Assembly: GCA_949358305.1 (NCBI GenBank)
Contig: OX442314.1
Location: 1 to 64,000, forward strand
Reading direction: 5' to 3'
DNA from: Strigamia acuminata
Lineage: Eukaryota
DNA length: 64,000 nucleotides
In this document: piece by piece, positions 23,277-34,400 of the stretch
How the letters are laid out: every line of letters begins with the position of its first letter
How positions within the stretch are numbered: the first letter of the stretch is position 1
The notes under the pieces: model-generated
What the model was told of the DNA's origin: nothing
Databases searched by the model: none
The model's input: only the letters and a program-made list of their open reading frames with translations
Translations under genes and position numbers: made by a program

Positions 23277-23913
23277 CTGCCAAAACAATTTTAATTGATA
23301 AAATTAATAAAAAAAATAAATAATCAATTAATTCAAAGGTACAGTTTTATGAAATTTCAATTGGGAAAGTGTATTCACTATTCAGCGCAACAAAATCAGA
23401 GGTGACTGTTGACTGCAATTAGCGCACCAACTTGTTGAATAATAATATTTGTCCAGTTGCACGATTCAAGGCACGATTCTGAGAAGAACGCAACCACAAA
23501 CGTGATTTGCACCTTAATTGAATTGCGTCAGATTTTGCCACGCTTTCTATAGTTTCCAGATAGAGAAAAAAATTACCTACCGCATTTTCCATGCAAATAT
23601 ATCTGTCCATCAGGGCATACTGTATCATTAGATGATGGAAAATGAAACGAAAATGAATAAAAACTGAAAAAAATAGATGAAAAATGAAAAAAAACGTCAA
23701 AAACAAATTTTAAAAAAAAGCAATTTACCTTCTACAATGTCCTGTGTGGCTATACCGCAGTCGGGGGTCGTCCACGGGCCTTTGGTCGGTCAAAGATGCC
23801 TGGAAAATAAAAGAAAAATGAATAAAGACATCAAAAATTAAAAGAAAAAAAAAAACCGAAAACAAAAACGTCCAAATCAAATTTCAAAATATTCCGTTCA
23901 TCATCTACGATGT

Positions 23914-24130
23914 CCCGCCCCCTCTCCCTCCCCCTCCCCGCCCCGCCCCCTCGCCCCCTCTCTCCCCTCCCCGCCCCCCCTCTCCCCCCTCCCCTCTCCC
24001 CGCCCCCCCTCTCCCCCCTCCCCGCCCCCCCTCTCCCCCCTCCCCTCCCCGCCCCCTCTCCCCCCCTCCCCTCCCCGCCCCCTCTCCCCCCCCTCCCCTC
24101 CCCGCCCCCTCTCCCCCCTCCCCCTCCCCG
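23914..24130 (-). repeat. C-rich low-complexity tract (G-rich on the minus strand, G-quadruplex-prone)
   Basis: About 215 bp of CCCCTCTCCCC / CCCCGCCCC runs. Confidence 0.9.
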
Positions 24131-24212
24131 CCAATGGCGGTGGCAATGTTGGGGCCCGTCTTGGTTGTTCTGGCCCATGTTGAACCAGCAAAAAAAAGCT
24201 GTCTTGGAAACA

Positions 24213-24340
24213 GAAATAATGAGGAAATAATGAGGAAATAATGAGGAAATAATGAGGAAATAATGAGAAAATGCCTACCCAAAGCCAAGAAATACCGTCT
24301 TGGAAACAGAAATGAGGAAATAATGAGGAAATAATAAGGG
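24213..24340. repeat. 11-bp minisatellite (AATAATGAGGA)n in two clusters, each preceded by gtcttggaaacaga
   Basis: About 5 copies at 24213-24270 and about 2-3 at 24310-24340. Confidence 0.85.
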
Positions 24341-24629
24341 AAGGCTTTCCAAAATTGCCGTCCTGAAAACAGAAATAAATGCCTTTCCAAAGGAAATGCC
24401 TTCTTGTCCAGTTGGGCGGAATCCAGAAACAACCAAAAAGCTGTGCTTTGCCTGCAAAAATGTTAACCCTACTAAAAAAACAAATCCAGTTGGCCCGGAA
24501 ACGCTCTTCCGCAACCAACCAGCAGCGAGCAGCGGATTTGCCGCCTGTCATTTGCCCATCTCTCACCCCCAAATCCGCCGACTATATTATAAATATTAAA
24601 TGCATCCTCGGATTTGGGGACGCGCCTGG

Positions 24630-24920
24630 GTTGGCTGTGGAGCGGTTGAGTCCGGTCTAAATCTGTTCTCCATGCACGCCATTGGCTGAAAAACAGATCT
24701 AGACCGGACTTAACCGCTCCATAGCCAATGGCGTGCATGGAGAACAGATTTAGACCGGACTCAACCGCTCTATAGCCAATCCGGGCCCAGGAACCGGATT
24801 TGCATGGATCGGTCGTGTTCGGTCTGGATTTGCTCTTCAGCCAACGACGTGCATGGAGGGCAGATCCAGAGCGAACACGACCGCTCCATAGCCAATCCGG
24901 GCCCAGAAACCGGATTTTCG
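24630..24920. promoter_or_regulatory. CpG-rich palindromic region with multiple CCAAT boxes
   Basis: Perfect 48-bp inverted repeat 24640-24687 / 24723-24770. A second imperfect IR at ~24806-24839 / ~24854-24888. ATAGCCAAT at ~24721, ~24772 and ~24888, plus ATTGGCT at ~24681. Confidence 0.55.
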
Positions 24921-25404
24921 CGTGCAATTTTGGTCTGGGATAAACGGCATCAGGGGGCGTGCGTGTTGCTTGTAATTTTCCCAAAGAGGGCGCCACTTAC
25001 GATGGTAATGGCGCCCATGTGTTGGGGAAAATTTATTACCGTTGTTTGCACCTGGCCCAGAACACATGCATGGACAGGAGTGAATAAATGAAAAAGCATC
25101 CAAGGTTTTTGATTCTCCCCCAGAAATTGTAATAATTTGGGTCCGCCCAATGTTTGGATGCACCCAGGCGTGTATGTGTACGTGGACACAGTGTAATAAA
25201 TATGCATTTGCTTTTTGAATATTTCATATTTTTTAAATTTTATTTCCACCAAATTAAATGGCGCTTAAAAACAATTAATGGATAATGTAACAATTTTTTT
25301 TATTCATCATGTTTTAAATTTTGACGTTACAAATGACATCCTGTAAAGTCTGTTCTGGCTATTACATAATGCTTGATGTCCCAAACCATAAATTTCTCTT
25401 TTTC

Positions 25405-28400
25405 TCTGCTGTTTTTGCACATAAAAAGACTTTGTTTTTTGAAGAAATGTATTTTATACCAAAAAATGCTGTTTCGGTGCATTAAAAGCGTTTGTTTTTA
25501 TGAGAAAAAATATTTTAAGCTCTCAGTGCCCTCAGAGCCCTCAGAGCCCTCAGAGCCCTCAGAGCCCTCAGAGCCCTCAGAGCCCTCAGAGCCCTCAGAG
25601 CCCTCAGAGCCCTCAGAGCCCTCAGAGCCCTCAGAACCCTCAGAGCCCTCAGAGCCCTCAGAGCCCTCAGAGCCGTCAGAGCCCTCAGAGCCCTCAGAGC
25701 CCTCAGAGCTCTCAGAGCCCTCACACCTCTCAGAGCTTTCAGAGCCCTCAGAGCCCTCAGAGCCCTCAGAGCCCTCAGAGCCCTCAGACTCAGAGCCCTC
25801 AGAGCCCTCAGAGCCCTCAGAGCCCTCAGAGCCCTCAGACTCAGAGTCCTCAGAGCCCTCAGTCCGCTCAGAGCTTTCAGAGCCCTCAAAGCCCTCAGAG
25901 CCCTCAGACTCAGAGCCCTCAGAGCCCTCAGAGCTTTCAGACTCAGAGCCCTCAGACTCAGAGCCCTCAGACTCAGAGCCCTCAGAAGTCTCAGAGCCCT
26001 CAGAAGTCTCAGAGCCCTCAGAAGTCTCAGAGCCCTCAGAGCCCTCAGAGCCCTCAGAGCCTCAAAAAACGCTGTATTTTATGCCAAAAAATGCTGTATT
26101 TTATGCCAAAAAATGCTGTATTTTATGGAAAAAAATGCTGTATTTTATGCCAAAAAATGCTGTATTTTATGCCAAAAAATGCTGTATTTTATGCCAAAAA
26201 ATGCTGTATTTTATGCCAAAAAATGCTGTATTTTATGCCAAAAAATGCTGTATTTTATGCCAAAAAATGCTGTATTTTATGCCAAAAAATGCTGTATTTT
26301 ATGCAAAAAAATGCTGTATTTTATGCCAAAAAATACTGTTTTTGTGCATAATAAGACTGTTTTTTAAAGAAATGTATTTTATACCAAAAAATGCTGTTTC
26401 GGTGCATTAAAAGCGTTTGTTTTTATGAGAAAAAATATTTTCTGCTTTCAAAATGCTGTTTTGGCGGATAAAAAGCGTTTGTTTTAATGAGAGAAAATAT
26501 TTTATGCCTCCAGAATGCTATTTTGATGAATAAAAAGAGTTTGTTTTTGCGAATAAATGTATTTTATGTCAAAAAATGCTGTTTTTGCACATAAAAAGAC
26601 TTTGTTTTATGAAGAAATGTATTTTATACCAAAAAATGCTGTTTCGGTGCATTAAAAACGTTTGTTTTTATGAGAAAAAATATTTTCTGCCTTCAAAATG
26701 CTGTTTTGGCGGATAAAAAGCGTTTGTTTTATGAGAAAAAATATTTTAAGCTCTCAGTGCCCTCAGAGCCCTCAGAGCCCTCAGAGCCCTCAGAGCCCTC
26801 AGAGCTCTCAGAGCCCTCAGAGCCCTCAGAGCCCTCAGAGCCCTCAGAGCCCTCAGAGCCCTCAGAGCCCTCAGAGCCCTCAGAGCCCTCAGAGCTTTCA
26901 GAGCCCTCAGAGCCCTCAGAGCTCTCAGAGCCCTCACACCTCTCAGAGCCTTCAGAGCCCTCAGAGCCTTCAGAGCTCTCAGTGCCCTCAGAGCCCTCAG
27001 AGCCCTCAGAGCCCTCAGAGCCCTCAGAGCCCTCAGAGTCCTCAGAGCCCTCAGAGCCCTCAGACTCAGAGCCCTCAGAGCCCTCAGAGCCCTCAGAGCC
27101 CTCAGAGCCCTCAGAGCCCTCAGAGCCCTCAGAGCCCTCAGAGCCCTCAGAGCCCTCAGACTCAGAGTCCTCAGAGCCCTCAGTCCGCTCAGAGCTTTCA
27201 GAGCCCTCAAAGCCCTCAGAGCCCTCAGACTCAGAGCCCTCAGAGCCCTCAGAGCTTTCAGACTCAGAGCCCTCAGACTCAGAGCCCTCAGACTCAGAGC
27301 CCTCAGACTCAGAGCCCTCAGACTCAGAGCCCTCAGACTCATAGCCCTCAGACTCAGAGCCCTCAGAAGTCTCAGAGCCCTCAGAAGTCTCAGAGCCCTC
27401 AGAGCCCTCAGAGCCCTCAGAGCCTCAAAAAACGCTGTATTTTATGCCAAAAAATGCTGTATTTTATGCCAAAAAATGCTGTATTTTATGGAAAAAAATG
27501 CTGTATTTTATGCAAAAAAATGCTGTATTTTATGCAAAAAAATGCTGTATTTTATGCCAAAAAAATACTGTTTTTGTGCATAATAAGACTTTGTTTTTTG
27601 AAGAAATGTATTTTATATCAAAAAATGCTGTTTCGGTGCATTAAAAGCGTTTGTTTTTATGAGAAAAAATATTTTCTGCCTTCAAAATGCTGTTTTGGCG
27701 GATAAAAAGCGTTTGTTTTAATGAGAGAAAATATTTTATGCCTCCAGAATGCTATTTTGATGAATAAAAAGAGTTTGTTTTTGCGAATAAATGTATTTTA
27801 TGTCAAAAAATGCTGTTTTTGCACATAAAAAGACTTTGTTTTTTGAAGAAATGTATTTTATACCAAAAAATGCTGTTTCGGTGCATTAAAAGCGTTTGTT
27901 TTTATGAGAAAAAATATTTTCTGCCTTCAAAATGCTGTTTTGGCGGATAAAAAGCGTTTGTTTTATGAGAAAAAATATTTTAAGCTCTCAGTGCCCTCAG
28001 AGCCCTCAGAGCCCTCAGAGCCCTTAGAGCTCTCAGAGCCCTCAGAGCCCTCAGAACCCTCAGAGCCCTCAGAGCCCTCAGAGCCCTCAGACTCAGAGCC
28101 CTCAGACTCAGAGCCCTCAGACTCAGAGCCCTCAGACTCAGAGCCCTCAGACTCAGAGCCCTCAGAAGTCTCAGAGCCCTCAGAGCCCTCAGACTCAGAG
28201 CCCTCAGAGCCCTCAGAGCCCTCAGAGCCCTCAGAGCCCTCAGAGCCCTCAGAGCCCTCAGACTCAGAGTCCTCAGAGCCCTCAGTCCGCTCAGAGCTTT
28301 CAGAGCCCTCAAAGCCCTCAGAGCCCTCAGACTCAGAGCCCTCAGAGCCCTCAGAGCTTTCAGACTCAGAGTCCTCAGACTCAGAGCCCTCAGACTCAGA

Positions 28401-31400
28401 GCCCTCAGAAGTCTCAGAGCCCTCAGAAGTCTCAGAGCCCTCAGAAGTCTCAGAGCCCTCAGAGCCCTCAGAGCCCTCAGAGCCTCAAAAAAAGCTGTAT
28501 TTTATGCCAAAAAATGCTGTATTTTATGCCAAAAAATGCTGTATTTTATGCCAAAAAATGCTGTATTTTATGCCAAAAAATGCTGTATTTTATGCCAAAA
28601 AATGCTGTATTTTATGCCAAAAAATGCTGTATTTTATGCCAAAAAATGCTGTATTTTATGCCAAAAAATGCTGTATTTTATGCCAAAAAATGCTGTATTT
28701 TATGCAAAAAAATGCTGTATTTTATGCCAAAAAATGCTGTATTTTATGCAAAAAAATGCTGTATTTTATGCAAAAAAATGCTGTATTTTATGCAAAAAAA
28801 TGCTGTATTTTATGCCAAAAAATACTGTTTTTGTGCATAATAAGACTTTGTTTTTTGAAGAAATGTATTTTATACCAAAAAATGCTGTTTCGGTGCATTA
28901 AAAGCGTTTGTTTTTATAAGAAAAAATATTTTCTGCCTTCAAAATGCTGTTTTGGCGGATAAAAAGCGTTTGTTTTAATGAGAGAAAATATTTTATGCCT
29001 CCAGAATGCTATTTTGATGAATAAAAAGAGTTTGTTTTTGCGAATAAATGTATTTTATGTCAAAAAATGCTGTTTTTGCGCATAAAAAGACTTTGTTTTT
29101 TGAAGAAATGTATTTTATACCAAAAAATGCTGTTTCGGTGCATTAAAAGCGTTTGTTTTTATGAGAAAAAATATTTTCTGCCTTCAAAATGCTGTTTTGG
29201 CGGATAAAAAGCGGATAAAAAGTCCTCAGAGCCCTCAGAGCCCTCAGACTCAGAGCCCTCAGAGCCCTCAGAGCCCTCAGAGCCCTCAGAGCCCTCAGAG
29301 CCCTCAGAGCCCTCAGACTCAGAGTCCTCAGAGCCCTCAGTCCGCTCAGAGCTTTCAGAGCCCTCAAAGCCCTCAGAGCCCTCAGACTCAGAGCTCTCAG
29401 ACTCAGAGCCCTCAGAGCTCTCAGAGCCCTCAGACTCAGAGCCCTCAGACTCAGAGCCCTCAGACTCAGAGCCCTCAGACTCAGAGCCCTCAGACTCATA
29501 GCCCTCAGACTCAGAGCCCTCAGAAGTCTCAGAGCCCTCAGAAGTCTCAGAGCCCTCAGAAGTCTCAGAGCCCTCAGAGCCCTCAGAGCCCTCAGAGCCT
29601 CAAAAAACGCTGTATTTTATGCCAAAAAATGCTGTATTTTATGCCAAAAAATGCTGTATTTTATGCCAAAAAATGCTGTATTTTATGCCAAAAAATGCTG
29701 TATTTTATGCCAAAAAATGCTGTATTTTATGCCAAAAAATGCTGTATTTTATGCCAAAAAATGCTGTATTTTATGCCAAAAAATGCTGTATTTTATGCCA
29801 AAAAATGCTGTATTTTATGCCAAAAAATGCTGTATTTTATGCCAAAAAATGCTGTATTTTATGCAAAAAAATGCTGTATTTTATGCAAAAAAATGCTGTA
29901 TTTTATGCCAAAAAATACTGTTTTTGTGCATAATAAGACTTTGTTTTTTGAAGAAATGTATTTTATACCAAAAAATGCTGTTTCGGTGCATTAAAAGCGT
30001 TTGTTTTTATGAGAAAAAATATTTTCTGCCTTCAAAATGCTGTTTTGGCGGATAAAAAGCGTTTGTTTTAATGAGAGAAAATATTTTATGCCTCCAGAAT
30101 GCTATTTTGATAAATAAAAAGAGTTTGTTTTTGCGAATAAATGTATTTTATGTCAAAAAATGCTGTTTTTGCACATAAAAAGACTTTGTTTTTTGAAGAA
30201 ATGTATTTTATACCAAAAAATGCTGTTTCGGTGCATTAAAAGCGTTTGTTTTTATGAGAAAAAATATTTTCTGCCTTCAAAATGCTGTTTTGGCGGATAA
30301 AAAGCGGATAAAAAGTCCTCAGAGCCCTCAGAGCCCTCAGACTCAGAGCCCTCAGAGCCCTCAGAGCCCTCAGAGCCCTCAGAGCCCTCAGAGCCCTCAG
30401 AGCCCTCAGACTCAGAGTCCTCAGAGCCCTCAGTCCGCTCAGAGCTTTCAGAGCCCTTAAAGCCCTCAGAGCCCTCAGACTCAGAGCCCTCAGACTCAGA
30501 GCCCTCAGAGCCCTCAGAGCTTTCAGACTCAGAGCCCTCAGACTCAGAGCCCTCAGACTCAGAGCCCTCAGACTCAGAGCCCTCAGACTCAGAGCCCTCA
30601 GACTCAGAGCCCTCAGACTCAGAGCCCTCAGAAGTCTCAGAGCCCTCAGAAGTCTCAGAGCCCTCAGAGCCCTCAGAGCCCTCGGAGCCTCAAAAAACGC
30701 TGTATTTTATGCCAAAAAATGCTGTATTTTATGCCAAAAAATGCTGTATTTTATGCCAAAAAATGCTGTATTTTATGCCAAAAAATGCTGTATTTTATGC
30801 CAAAAAATGCTGTATTTTATGCCAAAAAATGCTGTATTTTATGCCAAAAAATGCTGTATTTTATGCCAAAAAATGCTGTATTTTATGCCAAAAAATGCTG
30901 TATTTTATGCCAAAAAACGCTGTATTTTATGCCAAAAAATGCTGTATTTTATGCCAAAAAATGCTGTATTTTATGCCAAAAAATGCTGTATTTTATGCAA
31001 AAAAATGCTGTATTTTATGCAAAAAAATGCTGTATTTTATGCAAAAAAATGCTGTATTTTATGCCAAAAAATACTGTTTTTGTGCATAATAAGACTTTGT
31101 TTTTTGAAGAAATGTATTTTATACCAAAAAATGCTGTTTCGGTGCATTAAAAGCGTTTGTTTTTATGAGAAAAAATATTTTCTGCCTTCAAAATGCTGTT
31201 TTGGCGGATAAAAAGCGTTTGTTTTAATGAGAGAAAATATTTTATGCCTCCAGAATGCTATTTTGATGAATAAAAAGAGTTTGTTTTTGCGAATAAATGT
31301 ATTTTATGTCAAAAAATGCTGTTTTTGCGCATAAAAAGACTTTGTTTTTTGAAGAAATGTATTTTATACCAAAAAATGCTGTTTCGGTGCATTAAAAGCG

Positions 31401-34400
31401 TTTGTTTTTATGAGAAAAAATATTTTCTGCCTTCAAAATGCTGTTTTGGCGGATAAAAAGCGGATAAAAAGTCCTCAGAGCCCTCAGAGCCCTCAGACTC
31501 AGAGCCCTCAGAGCCCTCAGAGCCCTCAGAGCCCTCAGAGCCCTCAGAGCCCTCAGAGCCCTCAGACTCAGAGTCCTCAGAGCCCTCAGTCCGCTCAGAG
31601 CTTTCAGAGCCCTCAAAGCCCTCAGAGCCCTCAGACTCAGAGCTCTCAGACTCAGAGCCCTCAGAGCCCTCAGAGCTTTCAGACTCAGAGCCCTCAGACT
31701 CAGAGCCCTCAGACTCAGAGCCCTCAGACTCAGAGCCCTCAGACTCAGAGCCCTCAGACTCAGAGCCCTCAGACTCAGAGCCCTCAGAAGTCTCAGAGCT
31801 CTCAGAAGTCTCAGAGCCCTCAGAGCCCTCAGAGCCCTCAGAGCCTCAAAAAACGCTGTATTTTATGCCAAAAAATGCTGTATTTTATGCCAAAAAATGC
31901 TGTATTTTATGCCAAAAAATGCTGTATTTTATGCCAAAAAATGCTGTATTTTATGCCAAAAAATGCTGTATTTTATGCCAAAAAATGCTGTATTTTATGC
32001 CAAAAAATGCTGTATTTTATGCCAAAAAATGCTGTATTTTATGCCAAAAAATGCTGTATTTTATGCCAAAAAATGCTGTATTTTATGCCAAAAAATGCTG
32101 TATTTTATGCCAAAAATGCTGTATTTTATGCAAAAAAATGCTGTATTTTATGCAAAAAAATGCTGTATTTTATGCCAAAAAATACTGTTTTTGTGCATAA
32201 TAAGACTGTTTTTTGAAGAAATGTATTTTATACCAAAAAATGCTGTTTCGGTGCATTAAAAGCGTTTGTTTTTATGAGAAAAAATATTTTCTGCCTTCAA
32301 AATGCTGTTTTGGCGGATAAAAAGCGTTTGTTTTATGAGAAAAAATATTTTAAGCTCTCAGTGCCCTCAGAGCCCTCAGAGCCCTCAGAGCCCTCAGAGC
32401 CCTCAGAGCCCTCAGAGCTCTCAGAGCCCTCAGAGCCCTCAGAGCCCTCAGAGCCCTCAGAGCCCTCAGAGCCCTCAGAGCCCTCAGAGCCCTCAGACTC
32501 AGAGCCCTCAGACTCAGAGCCCTCAGACTCATAGCCCTCAGACTCAGAGCCCTCAGAAGTCTCAGAGCCCTCAGAAGTCTCAGAGCCCTCAGAGCCCTCA
32601 GAGCCCTCAGAGCCTCAAAAAACGCTGTATTTTATGCCAAAAAATGCTGTATTTTATGCCAAAAAATGCTGTATTTTATGGAAAAAAATGCTGTATTTTA
32701 TGCCAAAAAATGCTGTATTTTATGGAAAAAAATGCTGTATTTTATGCAAAAAAATGCTGTATTTTATGCAAAAAAATGCTGTATTTTATGCCAAAAAAAT
32801 ACTGTTTTTGTGCATAATAAGACTTTGTTTTTTGAAGAAATGTATTTTATATCAAAAAATGCTGTTTCGGTGCATTAAAAGCGTTTGTTTTTATGAGAAA
32901 AAATATTTTCTGCCTTCAAAATGCTGTTTTGGCGGATAAAAAGCGTTTGTTTTAATGAGAGAAAATATTTTATGCCTCCAGAATGCTATTTTGATGAATA
33001 AAAAGAGTTTGTTTTTGCGAATAAATGTATTTTATGTCAAAAAATGCTGTTTTTGCACATAAAAAGACTTTGTTTTTTGAAGAAATGTATTTTATACCAA
33101 AAAATGCTGTTTCGGTGCATTAAAAGCGTTTGTTTTTATGAGAAAAAATATTTTCTGCCTTCAAAATGCTGTTTTGGCGGATAAAAAGCGTTTGTTTTAT
33201 GAGAAAAAATATTTTAAGCTCTCAGTGCCCTCAGAGCCCTCAGAGCCCTCAGAGCCCTTAGAGCTCTCAGAGCCCTCAGAGCCCTCAGAACCCTCAGAGC
33301 CCTCAGAGCCCTCAGAGCCCTCAGACTCAGAGCCCTCAGACTCAGAGCCCTCAGACTCAGAGCCCTCAGACTCAGAGCCCTCAGACTCAGAGCCCTCAGA
33401 AGTCTCAGAGCCCTCAGAGCCCTCAGACTCAGAGCCCTCAGAGCCCTCAGAGCCCTCAGAGCCCTCAGAGCCCTCAGAGCCCTCAGAGCCCTCAGACTCA
33501 GAGTCCTCAGAGCCCTCAGTCCGCTCAGAGCTTTCAGAGCCCTCAAAGCCCTCAGAGCCCTCAGACTCAGAGCCCTCAGAGCCCTCAGAGCTTTCAGACT
33601 CAGAGTCCTCAGACTCAGAGCCCTCAGACTCAGAGCCCTCAGAAGTCTCAGAGCCCTCAGAAGTCTCAGAGCCCTCAGAGCCCTCAGAGCCCTCAGAGCC
33701 TCAAAAAAAGCTGTATTTTATGCCAAAAAATGCTGTATTTTATGCCAAAAAATGCTGTATTTTATGCCAAAAAATGCTGTATTTTATGCCAAAAAATGCT
33801 GTATTTTATGCCAAAAAATGCTGTATTTTATGCCAAAAAATGCTGTATTTTATGCCAAAAAATGCTGTATTTTATGCCAAAAAATGCTGTATTTTATGCC
33901 AAAAAATGCTGTATTTTATGCAAAAAAATGCTGTATTTTATGCCAAAAAATGCTGTATTTTATGCAAAAAAATGCTGTATTTTATGCAAAAAAATGCTGT
34001 ATTTTATGCAAAAAAATGCTGTATTTTATGCCAAAAAATACTGTTTTTGTGCATAATAAGACTTTGTTTTTTGAAGAAATGTATTTTATACCAAAAAATG
34101 CTGTTTCGGTGCATTAAAAGCGTTTGTTTTTATAAGAAAAAATATTTTCTGCCTTCAAAATGCTGTTTTGGCGGATAAAAAGCGTTTGTTTTAATGAGAG
34201 AAAATATTTTATGCCTCCAGAATGCTATTTTGATGAATAAAAAGAGTTTGTTTTTGCGAATAAATGTATTTTATGTCAAAAAATGCTGTTTTTGCGCATA
34301 AAAAGACTTTGTTTTTTGAAGAAATGTATTTTATACCAAAAAATGCTGTTTCGGTGCATTAAAAGCGTTTGTTTTTATGAGAAAAAATATTTTCTGCCTT

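Larger units (their letters stand above)
21510..23799 (-). ncRNA. Putative multi-exon minus-strand transcript (lncRNA or decayed gene) oriented toward the telomere
   Basis: Short GC-richer islands bounded on the minus strand by polypyrimidine-AG and GT: 23729-23799, 22145-22198, 22028-22072 (gtgagt), 21868-21872 (5 nt, gtaggt), 21656/21684-21757 and 21510-21564 (gtaagc). No convincing ORF found. Confidence 0.45.

Noticed and set aside
23831..24572. Gly/Arg-rich and Pro-rich ORFs
   Set aside because: Translations of a C-rich low-complexity tract and an 11-bp minisatellite.
7851..25400. Assignment as an endogenous nimavirus/nudivirus, DIRS retroelement or Polinton
   Set aside because: No viral core genes, RT/RNase H, pPolB, ATPase or capsid recognised in the window. 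Only the YR is shared, so the family is left open.
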